Positions 1-56,607 of a stretch of DNA of 64,000 bases are shown here, one piece after another. This DNA comes from Hormiphora californensis (taxonomy: Eukaryota > Animalia > Ctenophora). The stretch's first letter is position 1, and every line of letters starts with the position of its first letter. Made by a program: the position numbers and the translations under genes. The notes beneath the pieces are model-generated. The model did not search any database, was not told the DNA's origin, and saw only the letters and a program-made list of their open reading frames with translations. The stretch covers positions 2,790,001 through 2,854,000 of the forward strand of contig CM035354.1 of assembly GCA_020137815.1 (NCBI GenBank). The letters are read 5' to 3'.

Positions 1-44749
<44,749 letters not shown>

Positions 44750-45334
44750 GTTCAAATCTTATTCCTCCCTTAATCCCTGTCTTTATATTGTAGCACAATA
44801 AAAACACAAACACTATGAGAGCAGTTTCAGCAAGTTCAGAGAGAAATGTAAGTAGTGGGTGTTTGTGAGTTCGATCTGCTAGCCCAGCACAATCCGGAGC
44901 TTCCATACACACACGTGCTTACACGTACCTGCACTGCTGACACATACTGTCTCCAGGACGTGGAATCATCTGCACAGTATATAGGGGCGGTATAGACAGT
45001 TTACAGACATGAAAATAATAAGAGATTCATGAAATATAATATGGACATATCTCGTGGATATATATACTTCTTTAGGCGATGAAAAACGTATCTTGTGAAT
45101 CGTTTCCGGTACTGTGTGGGGTTTATCATTGTATATATAGAGGGGGGGGGGGGGTCTACACCTGGATTAACATATGATGCCTACGTGGAGAAAACCCGAG
45201 TGGAGACTTCGAAGCTTGAGAGGGGGAGAAGCTCCCGCATTATTCCATATTAGGCCAACACCTCCCCGCCCTTGTCCTCACTTTTCAAACTTGCTTCTTC
45301 CCTGTTTTCCTTGCTTCACCATCCTGTGATCGTC
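44750..45334. promoter_or_regulatory. Probable divergent (head-to-head) promoter region
   Basis: Only 585 nt separate the two oppositely oriented start codons; no core motifs are claimed. Confidence 0.5.
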
Positions 45335-47441
45335 ATGGCACAGGGTTTGGATACCCTTCGCAAGCTTGATTTGTATAAAAAGATCCCTCATGATCTGACG
45401 AAGGGGACTCTTATCGGTGCTTTCGTATCAGTCGGATGCACTGCTCTCATAGGTTCGTTACCATTCCACCGTCCAACATGATTTGCCTTTATTTCAAAAT
45501 TGGTATAGCGTATACAGTCAAACCTCAATTTACCAGAACCTCTATTTACCGTCCATTAAATTCCTTTCCTCCGCCGGAGGAGCCCTGTAAATCGGGGGGT
45601 TTGACTGTACACATGTATTCAGTTTACTTGATGTTTGCTGAGTTGGTCCTCTACTCGAATGGGTCTCTTGAAACTAGTATTTTCGTGTCTTACCTGAAGC
45701 AAGAGGAAGATATCCCCTTGAGGTACAACTACCATGGTTACCATGGTTACCATGAACTCTCAATTTCCATTGAACTCCTCCTCTCTATAACTGTCATATC
45801 AAAGGGAAAACAATCAACACACAAATTGCAGAGTCAATATGACGATACTGGACAAGTCATGTCACGACGTGAAGATCGATATCAAAAATACGCATGGGCA
45901 TACAGAAAATGTTAAATCCGTTGCAAAAATTCAGGTAAAAATGACCACGGATAATCCTTTACACCTCTAGCGGAACTCTAGGGCTGTGAAGTGTTATTAG
46001 TTGTCTGATCACGCAGTAGCACATTTCGATGACACAGTCCGCTATAACATTGCTTTTTTAACAGCACGCGTCTTAGACCGCATCGTAGCTGCAATGGTTT
46101 ATGCGGGCGGCACCACTGTATCGCGGTTAAATTTGGAGGTCTGAGCATCTCCGAAAACAATTGTATAAGAGTGAGCGCCCCCCCCCCCCCTGTGTGAGTT
46201 TAAAAACCATTCCCCCCCCCCCCCCCCCCCCCCCAGAAACAAGATGATTGTAACCTTGTGGGAATTATCAGCATAAAAAAGACGTCGGGTGCAATCGTAG
46301 TTGTTCCACACAAGGTATCGTTTTAGATAATTTTGCTAGAAACGATTTATTTTTCACTTCGACTCGAAACGCTCCATATCGAACTGTGTGTTGCATAATG
46401 TAGGAAAATCAAGTAATACCCATTCCCATATAATTCCCCCTAAGGGCGATGACTACGTGGATAAGGAGTACAAAGTGATCCCGGAGGATCCCAGCGCAAT
46501 CCAGCATAAACCATGTCAACAGCCCCCGAAAGATTGGATCCCCCCTGAGAACTACAAACCACCTAAGGGATTCAAAGTTATTGAACAACCCAAGAGTAAA
46601 GAGATGAATCACGAGATTTATAGCATGGAATTTGGATCAAAATTGCCTGAAAGCCACCGCTGGGACGAGGTACTTGAGGTTTTTTTAGTGGTGACTCGAG
46701 TCTACGTTCTACGGATCATAATTTCAGGGATACTAAACTTCATCTCGCTCACTGTAAATTATTTTCAGGTCTTATCTGCAGAAACGGAAGCATTCAAAGC
46801 GTTGAAAAACCTAAGACGTGACATGCCGGTTGAAATTTCCCATGATTACCAGTTAAAACTAGTACCCACCACATTCATTGACCAGAATAAACGTAAAACG
46901 GAAACATTTCAATGTACTTACGGTTATCAGAACTTTATCCTCGCTTCACCTCGGGGCGTTCTTCCTCCCTCCATCATTTTCCGCTATGAGATATCTCCCA
47001 TGGAGGTTAGTTAGAGGTGCTCCTTCATACTGCCAAATATTTTTTAAAAATCGATTCGATTAAAATTATGAAATACAGTCGAACCCAGATTTACCGGAAT
47101 CCCGATTTACCGGGAGGATAAGTTTCCCCCGATAAAGGAAATTAACGGTATTTGACCCCTATATACCGGGCAGCCCGATTTACCGGGCAAAACCCTTTTT
47201 CCCGAGCATCCCGGTAGGTCGGGGTCCGAAGCTGTACTTACAGCTGGCACTATTCAACTAATTGAGATCTTATATCTATCAGATAAAATACCAGTACGTA
47301 CGGAAGCCCCTTTATCATCTACTAACAATGAACTGTGCTATCATTGGTGGCGTTGTAACAGTAGCTGGACTTATCGACAAGTTATTATTTAACACCCACG
47401 AACTTATCAAACAAAAAGTTTTAATCGGCAAACTGAGCTGA
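45335..47441 (+). CDS. ERGIC1: ERGIC1/ERGIC-32-like protein, paralogue A (7 exons)
   Basis: N-terminus LRKLDLYKKIPHDLTKGTLIGA plus TM1; VNMTILDKSC..IDI; HDYQLKLVPT; FRYEISPME; TM2 CAIIGGVVTVAGLID; tail KQKVLIGKLS*. Exons about 45335-45452, 45622-45722, 45832-45934, 46237-46314, 46445-46669, 46769-47005, 47283-47441. Confidence 0.88.
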
Positions 47442-47631
47442 ATAAACTACAGATTGTACTATTTTTTGTGATTGGGTGTCATTTCCTTTATCACGGTTTA
47501 CTAAGCATCACTTGTTCGATCAGCCATTGTGTAACTTATGTTTTAAATTTTACGATTTATAATCTAAGTGATTTCATTCCCGACTAACTCGAGTTCTATA
47601 CTAACCTAAACCAACTGTATTAGATTTAGCC

Positions 47632-49541
47632 ATGTTGTGGTTGCGGAAGTTCGACTGCATGAGACGGGCACCACGATCCATCTCAGAGGGAAGGCTGGCA
47701 GGCACAATTACTTCAGTAATCACTCTCATTCTCATGTTGTGCTTCGTGTACAGTCAGATAGCTGCGTGGTGAGTAAGATCTTGAAGCATTGCCCTGCAAA
47801 AATCACAAAAATCGTACTAGATCCTTCTTTTTTAAGGCATTATATTTGATGTACACCTCTGTTATGAACCTCTTTTTTTCAGGGTAACGCCAACGTATTC
47901 ACGGAGGATGTATGTGTCAAGGGAAGAGGAAAATAATTATATCTTGTGTAAGGCGTCAGTAGTATTCCTGAATGCACCCTGTCCTAAACTACAGTTCCTT
48001 ATACACGTAAGTATAAAGTTGGTACAGTTGGACCCCGATTTACCGGGATGCTCGGGGGAAGATTTTGGCCCGGTAAATCGGGGTGCGACTGTACATTGAA
48101 ATCTTCTTATAATTTCCACCGATACGGCATCATCCAACAACAAATCTCTAAAACCTCCGGTAACAGGATTCATTTGTGTCGCATACCCGCGACCACACGG
48201 GCCACATCTTCAAAAACCCGCACGGCGAGGGATGCAAAGTGGACGTTGATTTTTGGCTGAAGAAGAACAACGGGGAGTTTCAGTTTTCCAGTACGGACGA
48301 CAAGACAGATATGAGCCACATTATAGAGACCATGAAGTTTGGCGATGACAATACTTTCCCAGGAACATCGTGAGTAATTAGGAGCAATTATCCCTTTACG
48401 CCTAGCTTTTTATGATGATCTAACCCTCCTTCTTGCCCGAGGGTCAATCAGTATAATATTCCAAGCCAGATACATCTATCAAGACCCCCCCCCACTATCT
48501 GTAACTCACCCTGACAAGCTTATCATACACCTTACAGGGCTGCATTCGATGAACTCAAGGGCGTGAAGCTGAGGAACATAGGAAGTTCTACACACGATTA
48601 CATTCTGAAACTTCTGAAGACGCACGTTACCGATGGCAAGGTGTATTTTCTGTTTTCTTCGGGTCGGCTAGGTGCCTGCCGGCACCTAAATGTTTTGTCG
48701 TTGGAACTCTTTTAACTTTTTCGCGAAAAACAGCTGTGCTGAGAAAATGATGATCTAACAATATTTGTTTTCCAGGCCGGTTCGAGCATGGGCACCGATA
48801 TGTACCAGTACACTTTCTCTCACCGGGAGCACATAGTACGGAAGAAAAAGGAACAGCCTAAACCTGCTGCAACAACCCCAGAAGCCACCACTAAGGATGG
48901 AAAACCTGTAGCGCCCCCTGCTGCTGAAGCTCCCAAAGCACCAGAGAAACCAAAGACCCACTTCATCAGATTCAAGTAGGTCTATCTAATTGCAGGAACC
49001 GACCGAAACAAGTAAACAACCAATCAGAGCTCGTTACTTAGGTCACGTGACTGGTTATCAGCCAATTAGGGACCAGTATTTCCTGATTCGGTCGGTTCCT
49101 ATCCAATTGCAACTATACTTATAATTGCCATTTATGGCTTCTTATCTCTGATCATGCTTGTTGAGCTATGGATTTATTACTCAACAACAAATAACTCTCT
49201 TCTCACGAGCGCTCCTAGTAATAGCATGCCGACCGTATCGTAATGACGACGATAGTTCGTTTCCCAAACCCGATACTTCCAGAAGAAGAACTCCCTTTAT
49301 AGCTCCCCCCTGACAAATGTTACCATGGTTACCATGGTTACCAATGTTACCAACCCCTCCCCCCAGGTACAACTGGTCTCCCCTGTCCGTTGACTACAAG
49401 GTGAAATACCACACTCTATACTTGGTTCTCACCAACTCCATGGCCTACTGTGGAGGCATCTTCACAACCGCCAGCGTGCTCTACAGAGCGTACATCGGGG
49501 GAGCGGCCATTGTCAAAGACACCATGAGCAAGAAACTTTAG
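47632..49541 (+). CDS. ERGIC-family (Erv41/Erv46/ERGIC-32-like) protein, divergent paralogue B (6 exons)
   Basis: MLWLRKFD.. plus TM1; GEGCKV; MSHIIETMKFG; HDYILKLLKT; YQYT; YNWSPLSV; TM2 AYCGGIFT; ends SKKL*. Confidence 0.8.
48993..49101 (+). mobile_element. MITE family A
   Basis: TIRs plus TSD tctaattg/tccaattg. Confidence 0.9.
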
Positions 49542-49670
49542 GAAAATATTGGACAATTTTTAAAACCACACAATTCAAAGACTGGATATTTATTCTGACA
49601 TTATGATCTTGTTTTTTTGTTTTCTTCACACGTGCTAATTGTTATAACCAGTATCTTCCACTAGCTAGGG

Positions 49671-50995
49671 ATGGACGAGCTAGGCCGGTCGCAATCCATC
49701 AATTCGTTCTCAAAGTTCGACTTTTTCCGGACAGTACCAGCTGATTTCACGTCCAAGAGCAAGACAGGAGGGATCATCAGCATTTTTACCATATTCTTTG
49801 TTTTCACACTTCTCTATGCCGAAACCCATGCTTTCATGGAAGGTAGGTGACGTACCGATTGTCAGCTGTTTTTCAATGTCTTCAGATCAAACTCACACCC
49901 AACCACGTGGGAACAACCTCTTTACCGGTTTTAGATCACCCTATACTAAATTAACTACAATTACTACATCGAACCTTCCCTCAGATAAGTACTACTTCTT
50001 CTCCCTCAGATAAGTACTACAGTACGATTATGGTGGGGCGAGTGCCAGGCCACGATCATCTGAACTGTGACATTAACATTACTATGCTGGAAAACAGCTG
50101 CGACAATATCCTTATGAGGGTAAGAAACAAAACTTCATTTGCGAGCTAGAGTATTTTAGTAGTTTTTAATCAAGGCTGAATGCTGACAGTTTTAATTTTG
50201 TTTCAGTACCGAACGGCATCTCAAGGGAAGACCCTATTCCATCTGGACACGTCACTGATGCACTTCACCGACTACCATGGATCCTGCAAGATTGAGGGAA
50301 TCTTCAGAATCCAAAAAGTACCCGGATTCCTCGAGGTGAGAATTGAGAGTACCATTATACTGTGTGATTTTAAATGACTGGGACTGGTATATTGCGAATT
50401 GCGTGAAAACTATGGCATCTTTCGACTTCAAATTTTGGGACATGATAAAACTAGGTTGTAGCAATTTTCTTCTAGTTTTACAGCAAATTTCAATGTTCCT
50501 GAATGAATCTATTGCCCAAAAACCTCCTCCAACTTTACACAGTCATATCTCTGGAGTCTAATGAGATAGAGAGTTCAATTTTTTAGGAGAGACAGATAAG
50601 ACGATTTCGAATGTTTTGTCTGCTTTACGAGTTGCTACATTTTACCATTTGTTCACAGGAACTGTTTAAAGTGATGTAACACGCTCTAATTAGGCCAAAT
50701 TTAGGTCATTTTACCCCTCAAAGATCACATGTCCAGCTGCATCTAGTGGGCTAATGAGGCCTTGAACACGCATACGTCACGTGTTACTGTAGGGCTACAG
50801 CTCTCCTTTTCCATCTTGAACCAGCAGACATGATCATGGCGTCTGGAAGTGGTAACAAGCTGTAGAAAACCAGACAGACTAGATGCTCTCTACTTCAACG
50901 TATCACTCTCTCCCTTTCTCGTTATAAGGTCACGTGACTGGAATTGGGATCTCGACATGATCAAAATGTCCACAAAGCGTTCTCTCTCTCACACA

Positions 50996-51053
<58 letters not shown>

Positions 51054-54000
51054 CCACTACACGCACCACTCCCACACGGGACCGTAAGGTCCCATGTGGG
51101 AACAGGGTTAAATCCCCCGAGCCCGGATCCTGTTGGATCTGAGGGCCCGGAGGGCCTGCGGAGTAAAGGTAGGTAGAACAATGTACAAAGGGGTAGGTTG
51201 AACAATGTACATATTGGTTAAGGTAAGGAAAAATAAAATAGGGGAAGTAAAGCTCATGGTGGCGGAGCAAAAGACCTCCTAAACTATCTGGAAAGAAGCT
51301 CAGCCTGCTGGAACGGAATCTAAGAAGAGTCAACCTATCGGGAACAAAACGTCTGGAACAAAACGTCTGGAACGGGATCTAAGGCAGTCTAAGAGCAAGC
51401 AGGAACGGGTGAAACGGTAAAAAACTAATACAAATATACATCTAGTGGGGTTACAGGAGGCTGATTACATATCGAGGAACTTCCGGAGCGTGTTCATCGA
51501 GTTGAAGAGGGCTGACTTTTGGAGCTGTGAGGGGTATAATTGGCGGGTTATAGCCATCAGGTACTTCTCCAGTCGGGGGCTAACTCCGCCAAGGGCTCCA
51601 ATCACGATGGGAATGACCGTGGCCTTTTTAAGTTCCCAGATTCGTGTGACCTCTCTCCTCAGTTCTTGGTACTTCTCGATCTTTTCCAGCTCTCTGTCAG
51701 AGACTAATCGGTCCTTTGGAACGGCGACATCGATGAGTAGTGCCTCCCTCTTTTGCTTGTCTAGGAGGACCAGGTCGGGTTTGCACGCCTCAATGGGGTT
51801 GTCCGTCTGGATGTGGAAATCCCAGAGGATCTTGTAATTCTCATTCTCGAGAACTTTCTCTGCATAGTGGCTCCACCACTTTGATTCAGCAGGAAATCCA
51901 TAGTCCTTGCACATTCCCCAGTGTAGGGCAGCAGCTACTCGGTCGTGTCTGTGCTTATAGTCACCGTTGGCCAGCTTCTGACATCCGTTTAGGATGTGTT
52001 CGACTGACTCGTTATGCTGGTTGCATATGCGACACTTCTCGGACTCTCCAGGTTGTTTCTCGATAGCAGCTGTCAGCCAGTTTGTGCGAGTGGCTTGCTC
52101 CTGGGCAGCAAATACATCAGCTTCGGTGTATCTGCTGAGGCTCTCTTTGTTGAGCCAGGCCCAGGTCGCATCAGGGTCGCATCCCCCTTCTTCAAGTTGC
52201 TTCAGGAAACGTCCATGCAGTGATTTACTCTTCCAGTTCTCTATCAGCTGCGCCTCCAGTCTTTCTGTCAGGGTTTCGGCCTCCTCTGGGAGTTCCGTCA
52301 GCATTCCTTCTCTTCCCATTGCTGTTTTGAGTGCAATTATCTTGGGATCAGTTGAGTTGCTGAAGAACGTCGCTAGTCCTGTTCCTTCCCTTACTATAAC
52401 GTCTTCAATCCTCTGGAGGCCTCTTCCTCCCTTCTTTCTGCTCACATATAGACGATCAACGTCGCTGTTGTATTTCAAGAACCCTCTTCTTAGGATTTTC
52501 CGAGTAATTAGGTCCAGTCCCTTGGCCTCTGTGGTGGTCCAATCCAGTATTCCGGCACCGTATCGAATCACCGGTATTGCCCACGTGTTGATTGCAACGA
52601 CGAGGTTTTTACCAGACAGGTTGGAAGACAGTAGTTTCTTAAGTCTTCTGGTGTATTCGGTCTTAACCTTGGCTTTCATTTCTTGATGTAGAATCGAGTC
52701 AGCCTCCAGGATACCAAGGTATTTATATCCACCATCTTCCACTTCCGGGATTGTCTTTCCACTCGGTAGATCTATTCCCTGCATTCGACTTCTGACTCCG
52801 TCCACGATGTCTAGTGCTCCACATTTGGATATACCAAAGGACATGTTAATGTCTGTGCTAAACTTCTCGGTGACTGCCAACAGCTGCTGTAGGCCCTCTT
52901 TCGAGCTAGCGTATAGTTTAAGATCGTCCATATAGAGGCGGTGGTTAATATCAATATCTGTGGTGGGTGCTTCTGGATCAGAAATGGTGTAGCCTCTTCC
53001 TTGGGCAGCTAGGAGCAAGGATAGGGGGATCAGTCCTATAATAAAATGTATCGGGGAGACAGAGTCTCCTTGGAAGAGGCCTCTTTTAATGTGGACTTTG
53101 CCTAAGGTGGAGCTGGATTGGACTAAATTAACTATACACTGCTGGAACGATGCCTCGAACAGTCGTATGATCTGTGGGTTTATTTTCAGCATTTCCATTG
53201 ATTTCAGAATCCAGGAGTGTGGGATCGAATCGTACGCCTTCTGGTAATCAATGAAGGACATATACAGGGAGGATTTGGTCCGTTTACAATGACGAAGTAT
53301 AAGTTTGTCGATTGCTAACTGTTCTTTACATCCTCTGCTCTTCCTGCGGCAACCCTTTTGTTCTTCAGGGAAGAGTCCGTTAACGTCGAGGTGTAAGTAG
53401 ATGTCCTCCGACAGTATTCCTGTATATAGCTTCCAGAGGTTTGGGAGGCAGGTTATGGGTCTGAAGTTCCCCGGATCGCTCATACCTTTCTTGGGGTCTT
53501 TCATCAGCAGGTATGTTCTGCCTTCCGTCATCCATCCTGGGACCTGGCCTGTAGTAAGGCTTTCATTGAGCAGCTCAGCTATCCGTCCATGGAGACAGGC
53601 TGTGTGCTTGATCCAGAAGGCATGCAGGCCATCTATACCTGGGGACGACCAGTTGGTCATTCCCTTCACACGGGCGGACACTCTTTCCGTGGTGATCTGG
53701 AAGTCCTCTTGCTGGTTGACCGCCTCAAAGTTCTCTTGGATTTCATCTAACCACTCTGCTTCAGTGTTGTGGCCGACGTCATTCTCCCATATGTCTTTCC
53801 AGAAGTTAAGTGTCCTCGTCTGGTCCTCTGGTGTGGATTCGTGCGGTATGGGGTCTGATCCTCGTTTCTCCAACTTTCTGTAGAAGTTGCGCTGGTTGTT
53901 CTGGAACAGGTTATTGTCAGCGAAGGTCTGCTGCTTCTTCTTGTATCGTCTTATCTTTCCGGCCTTCGCTAGCAATCTCTGTTTGACCTCCTCTATTACT

Positions 54001-56539
54001 TGCTTATAGCCTTTCTTGGGCAGGAGTGGGTATCTTCTATAGATAGTATCTATAGTTTGGAACTTCTGGGTGGCTCCTCTGCTCATTTCGGTCAGCCTGG
54101 ATAGGTCTGAGCGAAGTTTGGCGACACTCTCCTCGAGTCGTCGCAGCCACATTGGTTGTTTGTTCCTTCCGGGGGAGTTGCTGGTGGTTTCACTTGGTGG
54201 CTTTATACCCATTTGTTCCCGGACAACATGGGCTACCACCATCAGGAGGGTGTTCAGTGTGGTAAGGTCTGGGACTTCAAACGATCTGATGACCGGACTA
54301 AGTCGGTCGATTGCCACACGTAGTTTTCCCCATGGGACCTGTCTCAGGTCAGTGACCTTGATGAGGCTCGGTTCATCAAGGAGTTTTTTGAACAGCTCTC
54401 TGGTTTCAGGGTTAGGCGCTGGTTCTTCGTTTTCCACTGGGTTTGTAGGTGCAACGGGTTCTGGAGGTGGATTGTCCTCTGGCTCAGCCTGCCGAGCCGC
54501 GTTGTCGTTCTCACGTTCAGATGTGGCCGCTTCTCTGATTTCCATGAGCCTTTGTGGTGAAAGGAGTCCCGTATGAGTTATAGAATTCATTTGGGATCTG
54601 AGCTGGGTATCAGTCTTGGAAGGGTAGGTTGTCTTTAACCATCTCTCCTCCACTCGATTCCACACTCCTCTTATTTCTGGCTGTGAGTACCAGTGGATAA
54701 ACACGAGCGTAGTGTTCATTTCTGTGGTCCATTTCGTCCGTGGCGCTCTAGTAGGGGGTGGTGGTGGGGGTGGTGGTGGGGTTGGGGCATCGGTGGTGTC
54801 CCCATTCGTTGTTGTACTGGGACCAGCGGTGTTACTATTAACCGTGAGGTCCACTACCGGGAGTACGTTTAGGCCAGTTGCTAGGGCTTGCATATCTGTC
54901 ATCTCCGTCGGAGTTACCATGTGTTCAGATTTCTCTATAGATCTGAACTGCCCAGCGAGTTTTTTACCTGGCAGTGGGTCATATCCTTTATCTTCCCACA
55001 GGCGTTCTAGCCTCTTCCAGGATCCGGATGTGCCTGGGTTACTGCGGTAGTAGCAGTATACCAAGTCTAGGTTCTCTTGCTTAGACCAGACCTTCCTTGG
55101 TTTTCGGGTGTTTGTACTCATGTCGTATAAGATGAGTAAGTTTTGGGGGTGAGTTTCAAACCAATCACTGTATATTCATAGTCATCGGTTTGTTGAAAGA
55201 AGAGCCGGGTTTGGGGGTCTTAACACTGACACCGGTGAGCAGCGGTAACGGAATCCCACCGCCACATTTGGTCCGTTAGTAGATGGTTTGCCCGTCCATC
55301 CTTGCAGCTTTTCAGCACGAACCGACACTTTCAGCGTACGGGTGTGTATCTATATAATATGTCTATATGGTGGATCTGGGACAGGGGCCAGTGTGAAGCA
55401 TTATGATCAACGGGAACGGGGTAAACTATCCTCTCCGGAACGGGGCAACTATCCTCTGTGGAGCGGGGTGAACTATCCTCTCTGGAACGGGGTAAACTAT
55501 CCTCTCAGGGACGGGGTATGGGGTAGACTATCCTCTCTGGGACGGGGCAACTATCCTCTGTGAAGCGGGGTAAACTATCCTCCCCGGACCGGGGTAAACT
55601 ATCTCCTCAGGAACGGGGTATGGGGTAGACTATCCTCTCTGGGACGGGGCAACTATCCTCTGTGAAGCGGGGTAAACTATCCTCTCTGGAACGGGGTAAA
55701 CTATCCTCTCAGGAACGGGGTATGGGGTAGACTATCCTCTCTGGGGCGGGGCAACTATCCTCTGTGAAGCGGGGTAACTATCCTCTCAGGAACGGGGCAA
55801 GGGGTAGACTATCCTCTCTGGGACGGGGCAACTATCCTCTGTGAAGCGGGGTAAACTATCCTCTCTGGAACGGGGTATGGGGTAGACTATCCTCTCTGGG
55901 ACGGGGCAACTATCCTCTGTGAAGCGGGGTAAACTATCCTCTCCGGAGCGGGGTAAACTATCCTCTCCGGAATGGGGTAACTATCCTCTCTGGAACGGGG
56001 CTACTATCCTCTGTGAAGCGGGGTAAACTATCCTCTCTGGGACGGGGTAAACTATCTTCTCAGGAACGGGGTATGGGGGACTATCCTCTCTGGGACGGGG
56101 CAACTATCCTCTGTGAAGCGGGGTAAACTATCCTCTCTGGGACGGGGTTAACTATCCTCTAAGGAACAGGGTAATGAAAATGGTTAGGGGGTTAGTAGAT
56201 TAGTATCAGGATTGGTTAGTGGGTTAGTAGATAAAGGGGCATTGGAGGTCCACAGGTGGCTGGAAGGTGCCTGTTCCACGGGTAACCCTAAGCCGGAGAA
56301 GGCGGGGTAGGAACATAGTAGTTGGCGATGATACACTGTGGGCCGCCTAGCCAAGAAGATCTTTTTGTGTTTTTTGTATTTTATGATTTTTTTCCGTATT
56401 TTTGATACACAGCCACGCTTAGCCACGGCCACACGGACCTGAAAATCGATCAAGGGGAAAAGGGGATGGGGAAAAGGTACTCCGTGTGACCCTGTTGCCC
56501 GGGGGAAACCGATAGGAGGTGGTGGCAGGTGGACCAACT

Positions 56540-56607
<68 letters not shown>

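Larger units (their letters stand above)
51051..56544 (-). mobile_element. Full-length RLE-type non-LTR retrotransposon (R4/Dong-like) inserted in a (GA)n/(TC)n microsatellite
   Basis: Single intact ORF with RT, CCHC and RLE motifs; (TC)n tracts abut both ends (about 50999-51050 and 56545-56603); no poly(A) tail. Confidence 0.92.

Noticed and set aside
51445-55050. Plus-strand ORFs overlapping the retrotransposon
   Set aside because: Antisense shadows of the RT ORF with no independent motifs.
55417-56170. CRISPR-like repeat array next to a reverse transcriptase
   Set aside because: There are no unique spacers (variants recur periodically) and no cas genes; the context is eukaryotic and the array lies inside a LINE 5' UTR.
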